From positions 1,192,008 to 1,256,007 of the forward strand of contig JBFWNU010000001.1 of assembly GCA_050250895.1 (NCBI GenBank): a DNA stretch of 64,000 nt, in the 5' to 3' direction. Shown one piece after another: positions 21,248-30,291 of this stretch (positions within the stretch are counted from its first letter, which is position 1; every line of letters starts with the position of its first letter). The DNA comes from Vulcanimicrobiota bacterium. GTDB taxonomy: Bacteria; Vulcanimicrobiota; Xenobia; Xenobiales; JADMJV01. Under the pieces are notes generated by a model, which was not told the origin of the DNA, did no database searches, and worked only from the letters and a program-made list of their open reading frames with translations. A program made the translations under genes and the position numbers.

Positions 21248-22618
21248 GTGTCATATCAAGCCTACCTGGATAGCCATCAAGATCGCTTTCTCGACGAACT
21301 CATCGAGTTCGTGAAGATCCCCAGTGTTTCTACCGATTCACGCTACAAAGCCGAGATTCGGCGAGCCGCCGAACTGGTCTCGGACCACTGTCGCCGTTCG
21401 GGCCTCGAGCCCCGCCTTCTCGAGACCCCGGGACACCCGGCCGTGGTGGCCCGTGGGCCGGTGGTCGAAGGCAAACCTCACCTGCTAATCTACGGACACT
21501 ACGACGTGCAGCCGGCCGAGGATGTCGAGTTGTGGCAGTCGGGACCGTTCGAGCCCGAGGTTCGCGACCACCGCCTCTATGGCCGCGGGGCCAGCGACAA
21601 TAAGGGCCAGATTCTTGCTCACCTGCTGGCTCTCGAGGCCCTTCATAACAATGGTGGACTGCCGGTCAATGTGACCGTGCTGGTCGAGGGCGAAGAAGAG
21701 ATCGGCAGCCCGAGCCTGCCGGCCCTGCTCGAAGAGCACCGGTCCGAGTTCCAGTGCGACCTGGCCCTGGTCTCGGATACCTCGACGGCGGTCAAGGGCT
21801 ATCCCACCGTCCACTACAGTTTGCGAGGTATCGTCATCTGCGAGGTCCAACTGAGGGTGGCCTCCCGAGATATTCACTCCGGCGTTTTTGGGGGAACCAC
21901 CGAAAATGCCGTCCGAGCGCTCACTCGTATGTGTGCCCGCCTGCATGACGACCAGTTGCGGGTGACGGTGCCCGGTTTTTATGATGATGTGCTCGAGCCC
22001 CAGCCGTGGGAGCTCGACAATCTTGACCGGCTGCCTTTCGACGAAGCAGCCTACCTGGAGTGGATCGGGGCCTCGGAGCCGATTGGAGAGGCCGGCTACA
22101 GCACCAATCAACGGCGCTGGTTCCGCCCGACCCTGGAGTGTAACGGCATCTATGGAGGTTATCAGGGCGAGGGCAGCAAGACTATCGTGCCCGCCCTGGC
22201 CGGCGCCAAGTTCAGTGCCCGCCTGGTGGCCAATCAAAAGCCGGACTATGTGCTGGGCTGTCTCAAGCGTTGGTTTGAAGAGAACTGTCCGGCGGGTTGT
22301 GAGTTGACCTTCCGTTCGGGGGATCAGGGGCCGCCCTATCTATTGAGTCGCGAAGGCGAGGGCGAACGGTATCTCGCCCTGGCCGGCCGGGCCATTTCGG
22401 CGGCCTTTGGCAAAGAGCCGCTCTTTTGTCGGCACGGTGGGGCGATTCCCATCGTGAGTGGGTTCGAGACCATTCTCGGGGTCAAGACACTCCTGATGGG
22501 CCTGGGCAGCCCCGACGATGCGATCCATTCTCACAACGAGAAGTTCGAACTGGCTAACTTTTTCGCGGGGATGAGGATGTCGGCGGAGTTTCTTTCCGGG
22601 TTGGCCTCACTATCTTGA
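21248..22618 (+). CDS. M20 family dipeptidase
   Basis: YGHYDVQP, RGASDNKG, EGEEEIGS, DIHSGVFGG, HSHNEK. GTG 21248 is the probable start. Confidence 0.9.
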   Translation: MSYQAYLDSHQDRFLDELIEFVKIPSVSTDSRYKAEIRRAAELVSDHCRRSGLEPRLLETPGHPAVVARGPVVEGKPHLLIYGHYDVQPAEDVELWQSGPFEPEVRDHRLYGRGASDNKGQILAHLLALEALHNNGGLPVNVTVLVEGEEEIGSPSLPALLEEHRSEFQCDLALVSDTSTAVKGYPTVHYSLRGIVICEVQLRVASRDIHSGVFGGTTENAVRALTRMCARLHDDQLRVTVPGFYDDVLEPQPWELDNLDRLPFDEAAYLEWIGASEPIGEAGYSTNQRRWFRPTLECNGIYGGYQGEGSKTIVPALAGAKFSARLVANQKPDYVLGCLKRWFEENCPAGCELTFRSGDQGPPYLLSREGEGERYLALAGRAISAAFGKEPLFCRHGGAIPIVSGFETILGVKTLLMGLGSPDDAIHSHNEKFELANFFAGMRMSAEFLSGLASLS

Positions 22619-23768
22619 AGGTCATGACTTCCCCGGCCGAGGTGCCCAGCACCACCAGGTTGTTGGCTGCCACGGGTCCGGCGGTGGGGGTAGCCGCCAG
22701 GGGCAAGTCGGCCAGTTCGCGGCCGCTCTGACTATCTAATAGGTGCAAGGATTGATCCGCCACCACCGCTACCCCCTCGAGGTTGGGGGTAAGGGCCACT
22801 GGCGAGGCCACCGAATCGAAGTGGCGAACCCAGCGCAGGGCGGCTGTGCGGGGGTCAAGGCACAGCACCTGGTGGCGGGTAGCCACCAGCAGGAGATTTT
22901 CGCTCATGACGGGCTGGCAGAGCGTCAACCCGCCCGGACTGTAAAGGCTCTGGGTGTCGGCTACCTGCAGGCGCCAGCCCTGGCTGCCCAGGGGCGGGTT
23001 CAGGGAGAGTGCATAAAGCTCGCCGCCCAGAGTCATCACGGCGAGCTGGCCGCCGGCCTGGCGCGGGGGCGTGATCAGATTGTGGCGGCTGGGAAAATTG
23101 ATCGACCGCGGCTCGCCCACCTGACGGAGTGCCAGCTCTCGCAGGCGATAGCGCTCGTAATGGCGAGGATTCTTGGTGGCCACTTTCCATAGTTCGCCGC
23201 GTTCGCTGGCTACGTATAGGAAAGTCCCGTTGAGCACGCTGGCGCTGAGAAAGCGGTCATCCCAGTTGAGGGGCAGACGAAAGCTGCTGAGCAACTTGCC
23301 ATCCAGGCTCAGGCGATGAAACCAGCCCCGCTCGTTAACGGCATAGATCGCTTCACTGTCGAAGGCGGGTCGTAAGGGGCCCTCGAGTTCTGGGCTTGAG
23401 GGGCCGTGACTCCAGAGCAGGTCGCCGGTGTCTACGCGTAGCGCCACCAGGGTCGGGGTGGAGGGTTTGAGCAGGAACGATCGACCCGCGATGGCCGGAT
23501 CGGTCTGGGGAGGAGCGCCGATTCTTCGCACCCACAGCGGTTGTCCCACGGCCGAGTTGAAGGCGGTCAAATCGTAAGAATGAGACGATCCGGCCAGGAT
23601 GATGCCTTGTTCTGTCAGGCTCAAGGTGGTGACCGGACCGCCCAGCCGGCTGGTCCAACCTGCTTCGAGGGTTTCGGCTTTGGCACCCGAGGTAAATGCT
23701 ATCAGCAGGAAGCCCAGCAGGGCGAGACAGCGTGACCTAGAATCTTTTTCATCACTTGCGGGTTTCAA
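22554..23768 (-). CDS. PQQ-like beta-propeller protein (BamB-like)
   Basis: Repeated 'TGDLLW', 'VGQPLW', 'TAALRW' Trp-docking motifs and a hydrophobic N-terminal segment. Divergent from bamA. Confidence 0.7.
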   Translation of the reverse strand: MKPASDEKDSRSRCLALLGFLLIAFTSGAKAETLEAGWTSRLGGPVTTLSLTEQGIILAGSSHSYDLTAFNSAVGQPLWVRRIGAPPQTDPAIAGRSFLLKPSTPTLVALRVDTGDLLWSHGPSSPELEGPLRPAFDSEAIYAVNERGWFHRLSLDGKLLSSFRLPLNWDDRFLSASVLNGTFLYVASERGELWKVATKNPRHYERYRLRELALRQVGEPRSINFPSRHNLITPPRQAGGQLAVMTLGGELYALSLNPPLGSQGWRLQVADTQSLYSPGGLTLCQPVMSENLLLVATRHQVLCLDPRTAALRWVRHFDSVASPVALTPNLEGVAVVADQSLHLLDSQSGRELADLPLAATPTAGPVAANNLVVLGTSAGEVMTFKIVRPTRKETPPTSSSPRKS

Positions 23769-23836
23769 GTTTGAAATCGGTTCGTCACTGACCGGTTGAA
23801 CCCTGGCGGGGTGCGATTCCGAACGTCTGCTCGGGC

Positions 23837-23865
23837 TTGATCCGAAGGAGTGTTAGCCATACAAT
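23837..23865 (+). promoter_or_regulatory. Putative sigma70 promoter of the bamA-skp-lpx operon
   Basis: TTGATC, 17-nt spacer, TACAAT, about 110 nt upstream of the bamA start (which has an AGGAGG RBS). Confidence 0.55.
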
Positions 23866-23977
23866 GGGCTTTCTTCTGAGGCAAAGGACAAACTGGGTAC
23901 CCGTCGAACGACGGCCAGTTCTCAAGCCCCTGCAGTAGCGACAACGGTTCGCTCTCTCGCAAAATAGGAGGAGCTTT

Positions 23978-26356
23978 ATGCGACGGCGTTTTCGCCTGGC
24001 TTTTGCAATATGGATGGTGATCTCTCTCGGTGGAGCAGGGCTTGTCCTGGCTCAAGAGGGTGATCCCGGTGACGCGGCCGACGCCGTCAGAGAAGCTCTC
24101 TCGACAGCCGGACGTGCCGTCGAGGTGGTGGCTCAGGCTGGTGAAGCCGAGGCGGCCAGAACTTTTCGGGTCTCGGGCAAGGTGATCGGTCTCTCGGAAG
24201 AGAGTCTGGCCATTCAGGCGCGCGACCAGAAGAACCACGAGTTCAAGCTGACCAGTCCGGCCCCCGAGGGCGTCCAGGAGGGCAGTGAGGTCACGGTGTT
24301 CTTCACGGTGGGTGAGGGCGGCGAATTCACGGCCAACCAGGTGGCTCCGCTGACTGGCGAAGCGCCGGCCGACGAATTGCCGACGGCGACGGCCGCCGCC
24401 GCTCCCGCTCCCGAAGCGGGTGAGGAGGAGGGCCCCCCTCCCAGTTCGGCTCCTGATGTCGACACCACGCCCAGCGAGCGGCAGGCTCCCCGGATCGTCA
24501 ATATCGAGGTCGAGGGCAACACTCAGATCCCCGATGAAGAGATTCTGCAAGTGGTCTCGACCCGTATTGGTGACCCCCTGCTCGAGCCCCGCATCCGCCG
24601 CGACATGCAGGCCATCTTCGATCTCGGTTACTTCACCGATGTTCGCCTGGATACGCCTTTAGCCCCGGGCGGTCTGCGTTTGATCTTCCGGGTGCTCGAG
24701 AATCCCGAGGTGAAATCGGTTTCGATTCAGGGCAACGAGGTGGTCGAGACCGCCAAGTTGCTCGAGTTGATGAAGACCCAGCCGGGCAAGATTCTCAACA
24801 CCCGCACCGTTCATTCCGATATTCAGAACATCAACAAGTATTACAACGAAGATCTGGGCTATCTGCTCTCGCCCACCCACGTGACCAATCTGACCTTCGA
24901 AGACGGTGTGCTGGTTTTGACCGTGCGCGACGGTATCGTGGTCAGCAAGGTCAACATTGAAGGCGTGACCGTCTACCCCGAAGAGAAAGTGGCCAGTCTG
25001 GTGCGGGTCCGCCCGGGCGAGCTCTTCAACCAGAAGACGCTCGACGAAGACCTGGCCAAGATCGCCGAACTCTACGAGCAGGATCAGTGGGTGCTCGAAA
25101 CCGTCGCTCCCACCGTGAATCCCGAGACCGGCGAGGTCTCCTTGCGCGTGCTCGAAGCTACGGTTGAAGAGATTCGCGTCGAGGGTAATATCAAGACCAA
25201 GACCGACACCGTGTTGCGCAACCTGCGCACCAAGCCGGGTCAGGTCCTCAACCGTCGCAAGTTCCAGAAAGACCTCGAGCGGCTCAACAACCTTGGCTAC
25301 TTCAAAAAGGTCGACCCCAGTCCTCAGCCCGGCGCCGAGCCCGGCAAGCTGATTCTGGTGCTCGACGTTGAAGAGCAGAAGACCGGCCTGGCTACCATCG
25401 GTATCGGTTATGCCGGCGGCGGTGCCGGCGGTGTCCGAGCCGGTGTGACCGGTGCCATTTCGTTCTCTGATCGCAACCTGTTCGGCGAGGGCAAATCGGC
25501 CTCCATCCAGTGGCAGCGTGGCGCTCAGATTTCCAGTCTCGGTGCCAGCTATTTCGACCCGGCCATCAACGACAATCAGGATTCCCTCGGTGTGTCGATC
25601 TTTCGCAACGAAGTCGACTCGCTGCGCCAACCGGTGCTGGTCAACGGCGTGCAAGAGTTCGCTTTCTACGATGACCGTCGCCTCGGCGGCTCGGTAACCT
25701 ACGGGCATCCGCTCACCGATGACTTGCGCCTGTTCGGCACGGTGCGCCACGAGACTATCGAGATTTTGCAAAGCTCGGGTTCGACCTTCACCCCGGTCGG
25801 TCTGGGCAAAGGAACGCTCAACTCGCTGGGCGCCTCGGCCCTCTACGACACCCGCGACGACATCTTTAACCCCCACGTGGGTAGCTACGCCAACGGGGCG
25901 GTCAATGTGGCCGGTTTCGGCGGCGACTTCAACTTTACTAAGTACACCATCGAAGGGCGCCATTATGTGCCCCTCGGAGATAACCATACCATCGCCCTGC
26001 GCGGCTGGGCCGGCGTGCTGTCCGGAGACGCTCCCATTTCGGAGTTCTTCTTCGCCGGCGGCCCCGACACGCTGCGTGGCTATCAGCAGAACCAGTTCTT
26101 CGGAACCCGCTTCCTGGTAGCTAACGCCGAATATCGCTTCCCCATCGGAAACATCAAGTTCCTCCGGGGCGCGGTCTTCGTCGACGCGGGCAACGCCTGG
26201 ACTCCCGGTGACTTCAACGACGGCAAGATCTACGTTGACGGCGGCGTCGGCTTGCGCATCACTTTCCCGGCCCTGGGCCTGGGCGTGATTCGCGTCGACT
26301 ATGCCTTCGGTGAAGATGGTGGCCGCACTCAGATCGGTATCGGTCAGTCCTTCTAG
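23978..26356 (+). CDS. bamA: Omp85-family outer membrane protein assembly factor BamA (3 POTRA)
   Basis: Three POTRA domains (IEVEGN..., IFDLGYF, LNNLGYF), NLFGEG, GGPDTLRGY, NAEYRFP, C-terminal GIGQSF. Confidence 0.9.
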   Translation: MRRRFRLAFAIWMVISLGGAGLVLAQEGDPGDAADAVREALSTAGRAVEVVAQAGEAEAARTFRVSGKVIGLSEESLAIQARDQKNHEFKLTSPAPEGVQEGSEVTVFFTVGEGGEFTANQVAPLTGEAPADELPTATAAAAPAPEAGEEEGPPPSSAPDVDTTPSERQAPRIVNIEVEGNTQIPDEEILQVVSTRIGDPLLEPRIRRDMQAIFDLGYFTDVRLDTPLAPGGLRLIFRVLENPEVKSVSIQGNEVVETAKLLELMKTQPGKILNTRTVHSDIQNINKYYNEDLGYLLSPTHVTNLTFEDGVLVLTVRDGIVVSKVNIEGVTVYPEEKVASLVRVRPGELFNQKTLDEDLAKIAELYEQDQWVLETVAPTVNPETGEVSLRVLEATVEEIRVEGNIKTKTDTVLRNLRTKPGQVLNRRKFQKDLERLNNLGYFKKVDPSPQPGAEPGKLILVLDVEEQKTGLATIGIGYAGGGAGGVRAGVTGAISFSDRNLFGEGKSASIQWQRGAQISSLGASYFDPAINDNQDSLGVSIFRNEVDSLRQPVLVNGVQEFAFYDDRRLGGSVTYGHPLTDDLRLFGTVRHETIEILQSSGSTFTPVGLGKGTLNSLGASALYDTRDDIFNPHVGSYANGAVNVAGFGGDFNFTKYTIEGRHYVPLGDNHTIALRGWAGVLSGDAPISEFFFAGGPDTLRGYQQNQFFGTRFLVANAEYRFPIGNIKFLRGAVFVDAGNAWTPGDFNDGKIYVDGGVGLRITFPALGLGVIRVDYAFGEDGGRTQIGIGQSF

Positions 26357-26421
26357 GAAGAAACGGAAAAGGGATAGCGACCCTCCCCCTGGGGAGGGTC
26401 TGAATTGGAGGCAAACTCCTG

Positions 26422-27321
26422 ATGTCAAATCAGCTCAAGAAACAAAATTTGCTGCGCGGCGGGTTGCTGTCGGTGATGCTGGCTCTGGTGGCCCTTGGCC
26501 TGACCGGTTGCCCGGGCGCCACCAAAGCTCCCGTCGACAAGGTAGTCTCGCTCGACGAGCAGGCCATCTATGATCTGCCGGCCTTCAAAAAGGCCGAAGA
26601 GGACCTCAAGAAGTGGGTCGAAGACGAGCGCAAGAAGCTCGAGAAGAAAGCCGAAGGCAAGAACGATGAAGAGCGAAACCAGCTTGCCGCGCAGTTTCAG
26701 GTCGACGTCCAGAAGAAGACCAACGAGACCCTGCAGCCCCTGAAGGTCAAGGCCGAGGCGGCCGTGGCCAAGGTGGCTCGCGACCAGGGTGCGCTGGTGG
26801 TGCTCGACAAGAAGATCGTGGTCTATGGCGTGAAAGAGGTCACCGAAGACGTGACCAAGTTGCTCGAAAGTGGCGAAGAGATCAAACTGCCCGAAGAGCA
26901 AGACACCCAGGGCGCTCCCATCGGTTATTTCGACCAGGCGGTGGTGCGTAGTCTCAAAGTCTTCCAGGAGGCCGACCTCGAGCTGGCCCAGTATCGCAAC
27001 CAGTTGCTGATGGACCTCAAGAAAGAACTCAACGGCAAAGAGCCGAGCCCGTCCGAGGCCCAGGCCATTCAACGCAATTTGAGCCTCAAGCTCGAAGCCT
27101 TCCAGGAGCAGAAGATGGCTCCCTTGATCAAGGCGGTCAACGACTCGGTCAAAGAAGTGGCCGAGACCCAGGGCCTGTCGCTGGTCCTCGACAAGCAGCA
27201 TGTGATGTATGGTGGCAAGAACATGACCGAGGAAGTGGTCGACGCCTTCCTCAAGAAGGTGGCCCAGCCCGCTGGCGGAGAGACCCCGGCCGGCGAGGCA
27301 ACCCCCAAAGGCGGTGAGTAA
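26422..27321 (+). CDS. Tandem two-domain Skp/OmpH-like lipoprotein
   Basis: Lipobox LTGC. Two OmpH-type ends (VAKVARDQGALVVLDKKIVVYG; VKEVAETQGLSLVLDKQHVMYGGKNMTEEV). Confidence 0.8.
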   Translation: MSNQLKKQNLLRGGLLSVMLALVALGLTGCPGATKAPVDKVVSLDEQAIYDLPAFKKAEEDLKKWVEDERKKLEKKAEGKNDEERNQLAAQFQVDVQKKTNETLQPLKVKAEAAVAKVARDQGALVVLDKKIVVYGVKEVTEDVTKLLESGEEIKLPEEQDTQGAPIGYFDQAVVRSLKVFQEADLELAQYRNQLLMDLKKELNGKEPSPSEAQAIQRNLSLKLEAFQEQKMAPLIKAVNDSVKEVAETQGLSLVLDKQHVMYGGKNMTEEVVDAFLKKVAQPAGGETPAGEATPKGGE

Positions 27322-28712
27322 TGATGGCCCGCCCGTGGAAGGGTTTGCTGATGGGGGCGGCTCTGCTAGGGGGATTGACCCTGGCGCTGCCCGCTCAGAC
27401 GACCCAGAAAGATAGTGAAGAGCCCTTGAAGTTGGCCGTGGTCGACTACAAGGTGCTGATCAAAGCCCACCCCGATTTCGACAAGTTGCAGCAGCTCGAC
27501 GAGCAGTTGCGCCTGCTCGAGGGCCAAAAAGCCCAGGTCGAACGCGAGGCCAAGTCCAAGCTGTTCGACAACGCCAAGGACAAGATGGCCAAAGCCGTGG
27601 CCGAGGGGCGTTCCAAGCTCGAGGCCGAGAAGGCCGCCATCGAAAGCGAACTGGCCAACCTGTCGGCCCATTTGGGCCAGCAAATGGCGGCCGAGATGCA
27701 GGGCTTGCAAGCTGGCTATGAAGATCAGATCAAAAAGAAGATCGAAGAGCTGACCGGGGGGGCTCGGCCCGAGGCTCCCAGCGCTCCCGATCTCAACCAG
27801 TCGATGAACGCCCAGGATAAGGAGTTCATGGAGAATCTGGGGCTGATTCGCGAGCGCAACCTGGCCGCCCGCCGGCTCGAGCTAGAGAAGCGCCTGACCT
27901 CCGAACTCGAGGCGGAAAGGTCTCGCCTCGACGCTGAGCTGGGGGCCTATGAAGACCAGCTCAATGCCCAGTATCAGAGCGAGAAGCTCAATCTGCAGCT
28001 GCAGGTGCAGAATTCGGCTGACGAGGAAGAGCGCAAAGCGGCCGAAGCCCGTCTGGGCGAGATTTCGAACGAGATCGCCGATAAGAAGCAGGCCCGTCGG
28101 GCCGAGATCGATTCGGGTTTCGGTTCGTTCCGCTCGGAAAAGCAGCAGGCTGTCCAGTCAGAACTGGCCACTTATCAGCGGGAACTCGACTCCGAAGTGC
28201 GCCAGAAGATGGTGGGTCGGGGCGGCCACTCGCCCGCTCCTCAGAATCCCCCTGCGGCTGCCAACGTCGACCGCGAGATCAAAGAGCGGATTGCTCAGGT
28301 TCAGGCCTCTCTGCAGGCCGAGCTCGAGAGCAAGAAAGCGGCTCTGCGCTCGCGCATGGAGGCCGAGTCGGCCACCGCTAGGGCCCGCCTCGAGGCCAAG
28401 CAGAAAGAGGTCGAAGCCCAGATTTACGCGGCCGAAGAACGCATCAAGAAGGAAATGGAAAAGCGCATGAGCGAGCTGCCCGACGAGCTGAAGAAACAGC
28501 TCGAAGGGGTCAACAAGCAGATTGAAGAGGTGACTGCCCAGCGGGATTCTCTCTATGAGCAGATGCGCGGCGATCTCAATGCCAAGGTCGAGAAGGTGGC
28601 GGTCCAGCAGAAAGTGCCCATGGTCATCGGCGATTTTATCGTCAATCGCACCTGCGAGGATCTGACCGACCGCGCCATGGTGGCCGTGAAGCAGATGGAG
28701 AGTACCCCATGA
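27321..28712 (+). CDS. Skp/OmpH-like protein with very long coiled-coil insertion
   Basis: Signal peptide. N-terminal KLAVVDYKVLIKAHP and C-terminal VEKVAVQQKVPMVI...DLTD flank about 350 aa of heptad-rich helix. Confidence 0.7.
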   Translation: MMARPWKGLLMGAALLGGLTLALPAQTTQKDSEEPLKLAVVDYKVLIKAHPDFDKLQQLDEQLRLLEGQKAQVEREAKSKLFDNAKDKMAKAVAEGRSKLEAEKAAIESELANLSAHLGQQMAAEMQGLQAGYEDQIKKKIEELTGGARPEAPSAPDLNQSMNAQDKEFMENLGLIRERNLAARRLELEKRLTSELEAERSRLDAELGAYEDQLNAQYQSEKLNLQLQVQNSADEEERKAAEARLGEISNEIADKKQARRAEIDSGFGSFRSEKQQAVQSELATYQRELDSEVRQKMVGRGGHSPAPQNPPAAANVDREIKERIAQVQASLQAELESKKAALRSRMEAESATARARLEAKQKEVEAQIYAAEERIKKEMEKRMSELPDELKKQLEGVNKQIEEVTAQRDSLYEQMRGDLNAKVEKVAVQQKVPMVIGDFIVNRTCEDLTDRAMVAVKQMESTP

Positions 28713-29170
28713 AAAGCCTGTTCCGCTTCGTGCTGATGGGTTTGGCGGTGGTGTTGCTGGCGGGCTGTCAGCCCACCCAGACAAAGATCACGGTGGGCAA
28801 GATCGATACGGCCACTCTGCTGCAGAGCGACCCCGAGTATCAGGATCTGGCCACCAAGTACCTTCGCGAGCAGACCGACGTGAAGCGCGATTTTCTCGAA
28901 AGTTTGCGCAAGGCCGAGTCCGAGAGCCAGAGAACTTCCGCCAAGAACAAATACGGTGAAGCCCAGAAGGCTCTGGACAAGAAGTGGTCCGAAAAGACCC
29001 GCGAATTTCTCGAAACGCGCCACTCGGCCATCCGCACTTCGGTCGAAGAGATCTCCAAGGCCAAGAACATCGACATGGTACTCATCGACAGCAAGATGTA
29101 TCCCACCATCGAGTGGGGCGCCATCGACATCACTCAAGACGTTCAGCTCAAGCTGACTCAACAGAAATGA
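28709..29170 (+). CDS. Skp/OmpH-like lipoprotein
   Basis: Lipobox LAGC, VGKIDTATLL, VEEISKAKNIDMVLID...DITQDV. Confidence 0.8.
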   Translation: MKSLFRFVLMGLAVVLLAGCQPTQTKITVGKIDTATLLQSDPEYQDLATKYLREQTDVKRDFLESLRKAESESQRTSAKNKYGEAQKALDKKWSEKTREFLETRHSAIRTSVEEISKAKNIDMVLIDSKMYPTIEWGAIDITQDVQLKLTQQK

Positions 29171-29598
29171 AGAGACTGCTAACTTGCCTGTTGGTGGCCC
29201 TGGTCGCCACCGCCTGCGCCCAGAAGGACCGTCCCCTCAAGGTCGGGGTGCTCGACACCGTGCGAGCGCTCGAGAGCCAGCCCGAGGTGGCCGGTTTTCG
29301 CATGGAGTGGGCTCAGGAGGTGGGCGAGATCTATCTGCGACTTCAGAAGGTCAAGACCCCGGAGTCCTATCAGGATCTGAGCAAGAACGTCATGAAGCGC
29401 AATGAAGAGTGGCGCAAAGAGGTCGACCAGTTCCTCAACAAGTCGGTGGAAGTGGTGCGAGCGCAAGCGGTCGAGGTGGCCAAGGAGAAAGACCTCGACA
29501 TCGTGGTGCTCGACACCAGTTTCATGAACTCGGTCCAGTATTACAACGGGGAAGATATCACTCTGGACGTTATCGTCAAGATGAAGAATAAGAGCTAG
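29167..29598 (+). CDS. Skp/OmpH-like lipoprotein
   Basis: ATG 29167 overlaps upstream stop (ATGA). Lipobox-like ATAC, KVGVLDTVRAL, VAKEKDLDIVVLD...DITLDVI. Confidence 0.8.
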   Translation: MKRLLTCLLVALVATACAQKDRPLKVGVLDTVRALESQPEVAGFRMEWAQEVGEIYLRLQKVKTPESYQDLSKNVMKRNEEWRKEVDQFLNKSVEVVRAQAVEVAKEKDLDIVVLDTSFMNSVQYYNGEDITLDVIVKMKNKS

Positions 29599-29601
29599 TC
29601 T

Positions 29602-30291
29602 GTGCGTCATCCTCAGAGTGTGGTGGATACGGCCGCCGTCCTGGCCGACGATGTAGTGGTTGGGCCGGGGGCGGTGGTCGAGGCCGAAGCCGAGTTGGCC
29701 GAAGGCGTGGTCGTCGAATCCTGTGCCTATGTGGGACCACGAGTCAAGGTCGGCGCTCGCAGTCGCATCGCCAGCGGGGCGATTCTGCTAGAGGACACCC
29801 GGGTAGGTGCCGATTGCGTGATCGAGGCCGGCGCCGTGCTCGGTTGTCGCGGGTTTGGCTATGTCGAGGATGGTGGCCAGCACCTGCCCATTCCCCAGGT
29901 GGGCCGAGTCGTCTTGGAGGATGGGGTCACCATCGGGTCCGGCAGTTGTCTTGATCGAGCCACCACCGGAGAAACGCGCATCGGCAAGAAGAGTCGCCTG
30001 GGCACACTGGTGCAGGTGGCCCACAACGTTCGACTGGGCGAAGAAGTCGAGGTGGGGTCGCACTGCGGGTTGGCTGGCAGCGGCACCATCGGCAGCCGCA
30101 GCCGCCTGGGACACATGGTCGGCACCATCGGCCACTCTGAACTGGGCGAACAATGTCAGGTCGAAGATTTCGCCGGAGTCACGCGCACCAAGGTTCCGGC
30201 CGGGTCCTGCCTGGCCGGCTTTCCGGCCCGCACCCGGGCTGAGCTAGAAGAGATTCAGCGAGCCCTTTCTGAGTTGGGTGGGCGTGCGTGA
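29602..30291 (+). CDS. lpxD: LpxD-like acyltransferase, catalytic beta-helix only (no N-terminal uridine-binding domain)
   Basis: Hexapeptide repeats, GCRGFGY, IPQVGRV, DRAT, VQVAHNV (catalytic His). Only 229 aa. Confidence 0.75.
   Translation: MRHPQSVVDTAAVLADDVVVGPGAVVEAEAELAEGVVVESCAYVGPRVKVGARSRIASGAILLEDTRVGADCVIEAGAVLGCRGFGYVEDGGQHLPIPQVGRVVLEDGVTIGSGSCLDRATTGETRIGKKSRLGTLVQVAHNVRLGEEVEVGSHCGLAGSGTIGSRSRLGHMVGTIGHSELGEQCQVEDFAGVTRTKVPAGSCLAGFPARTRAELEEIQRALSELGGRA

Noticed and set aside
24659-26428. 589-aa minus-strand ORF
   Set aside because: Antisense shadow of bamA, typical of GC-rich DNA, with no motifs.
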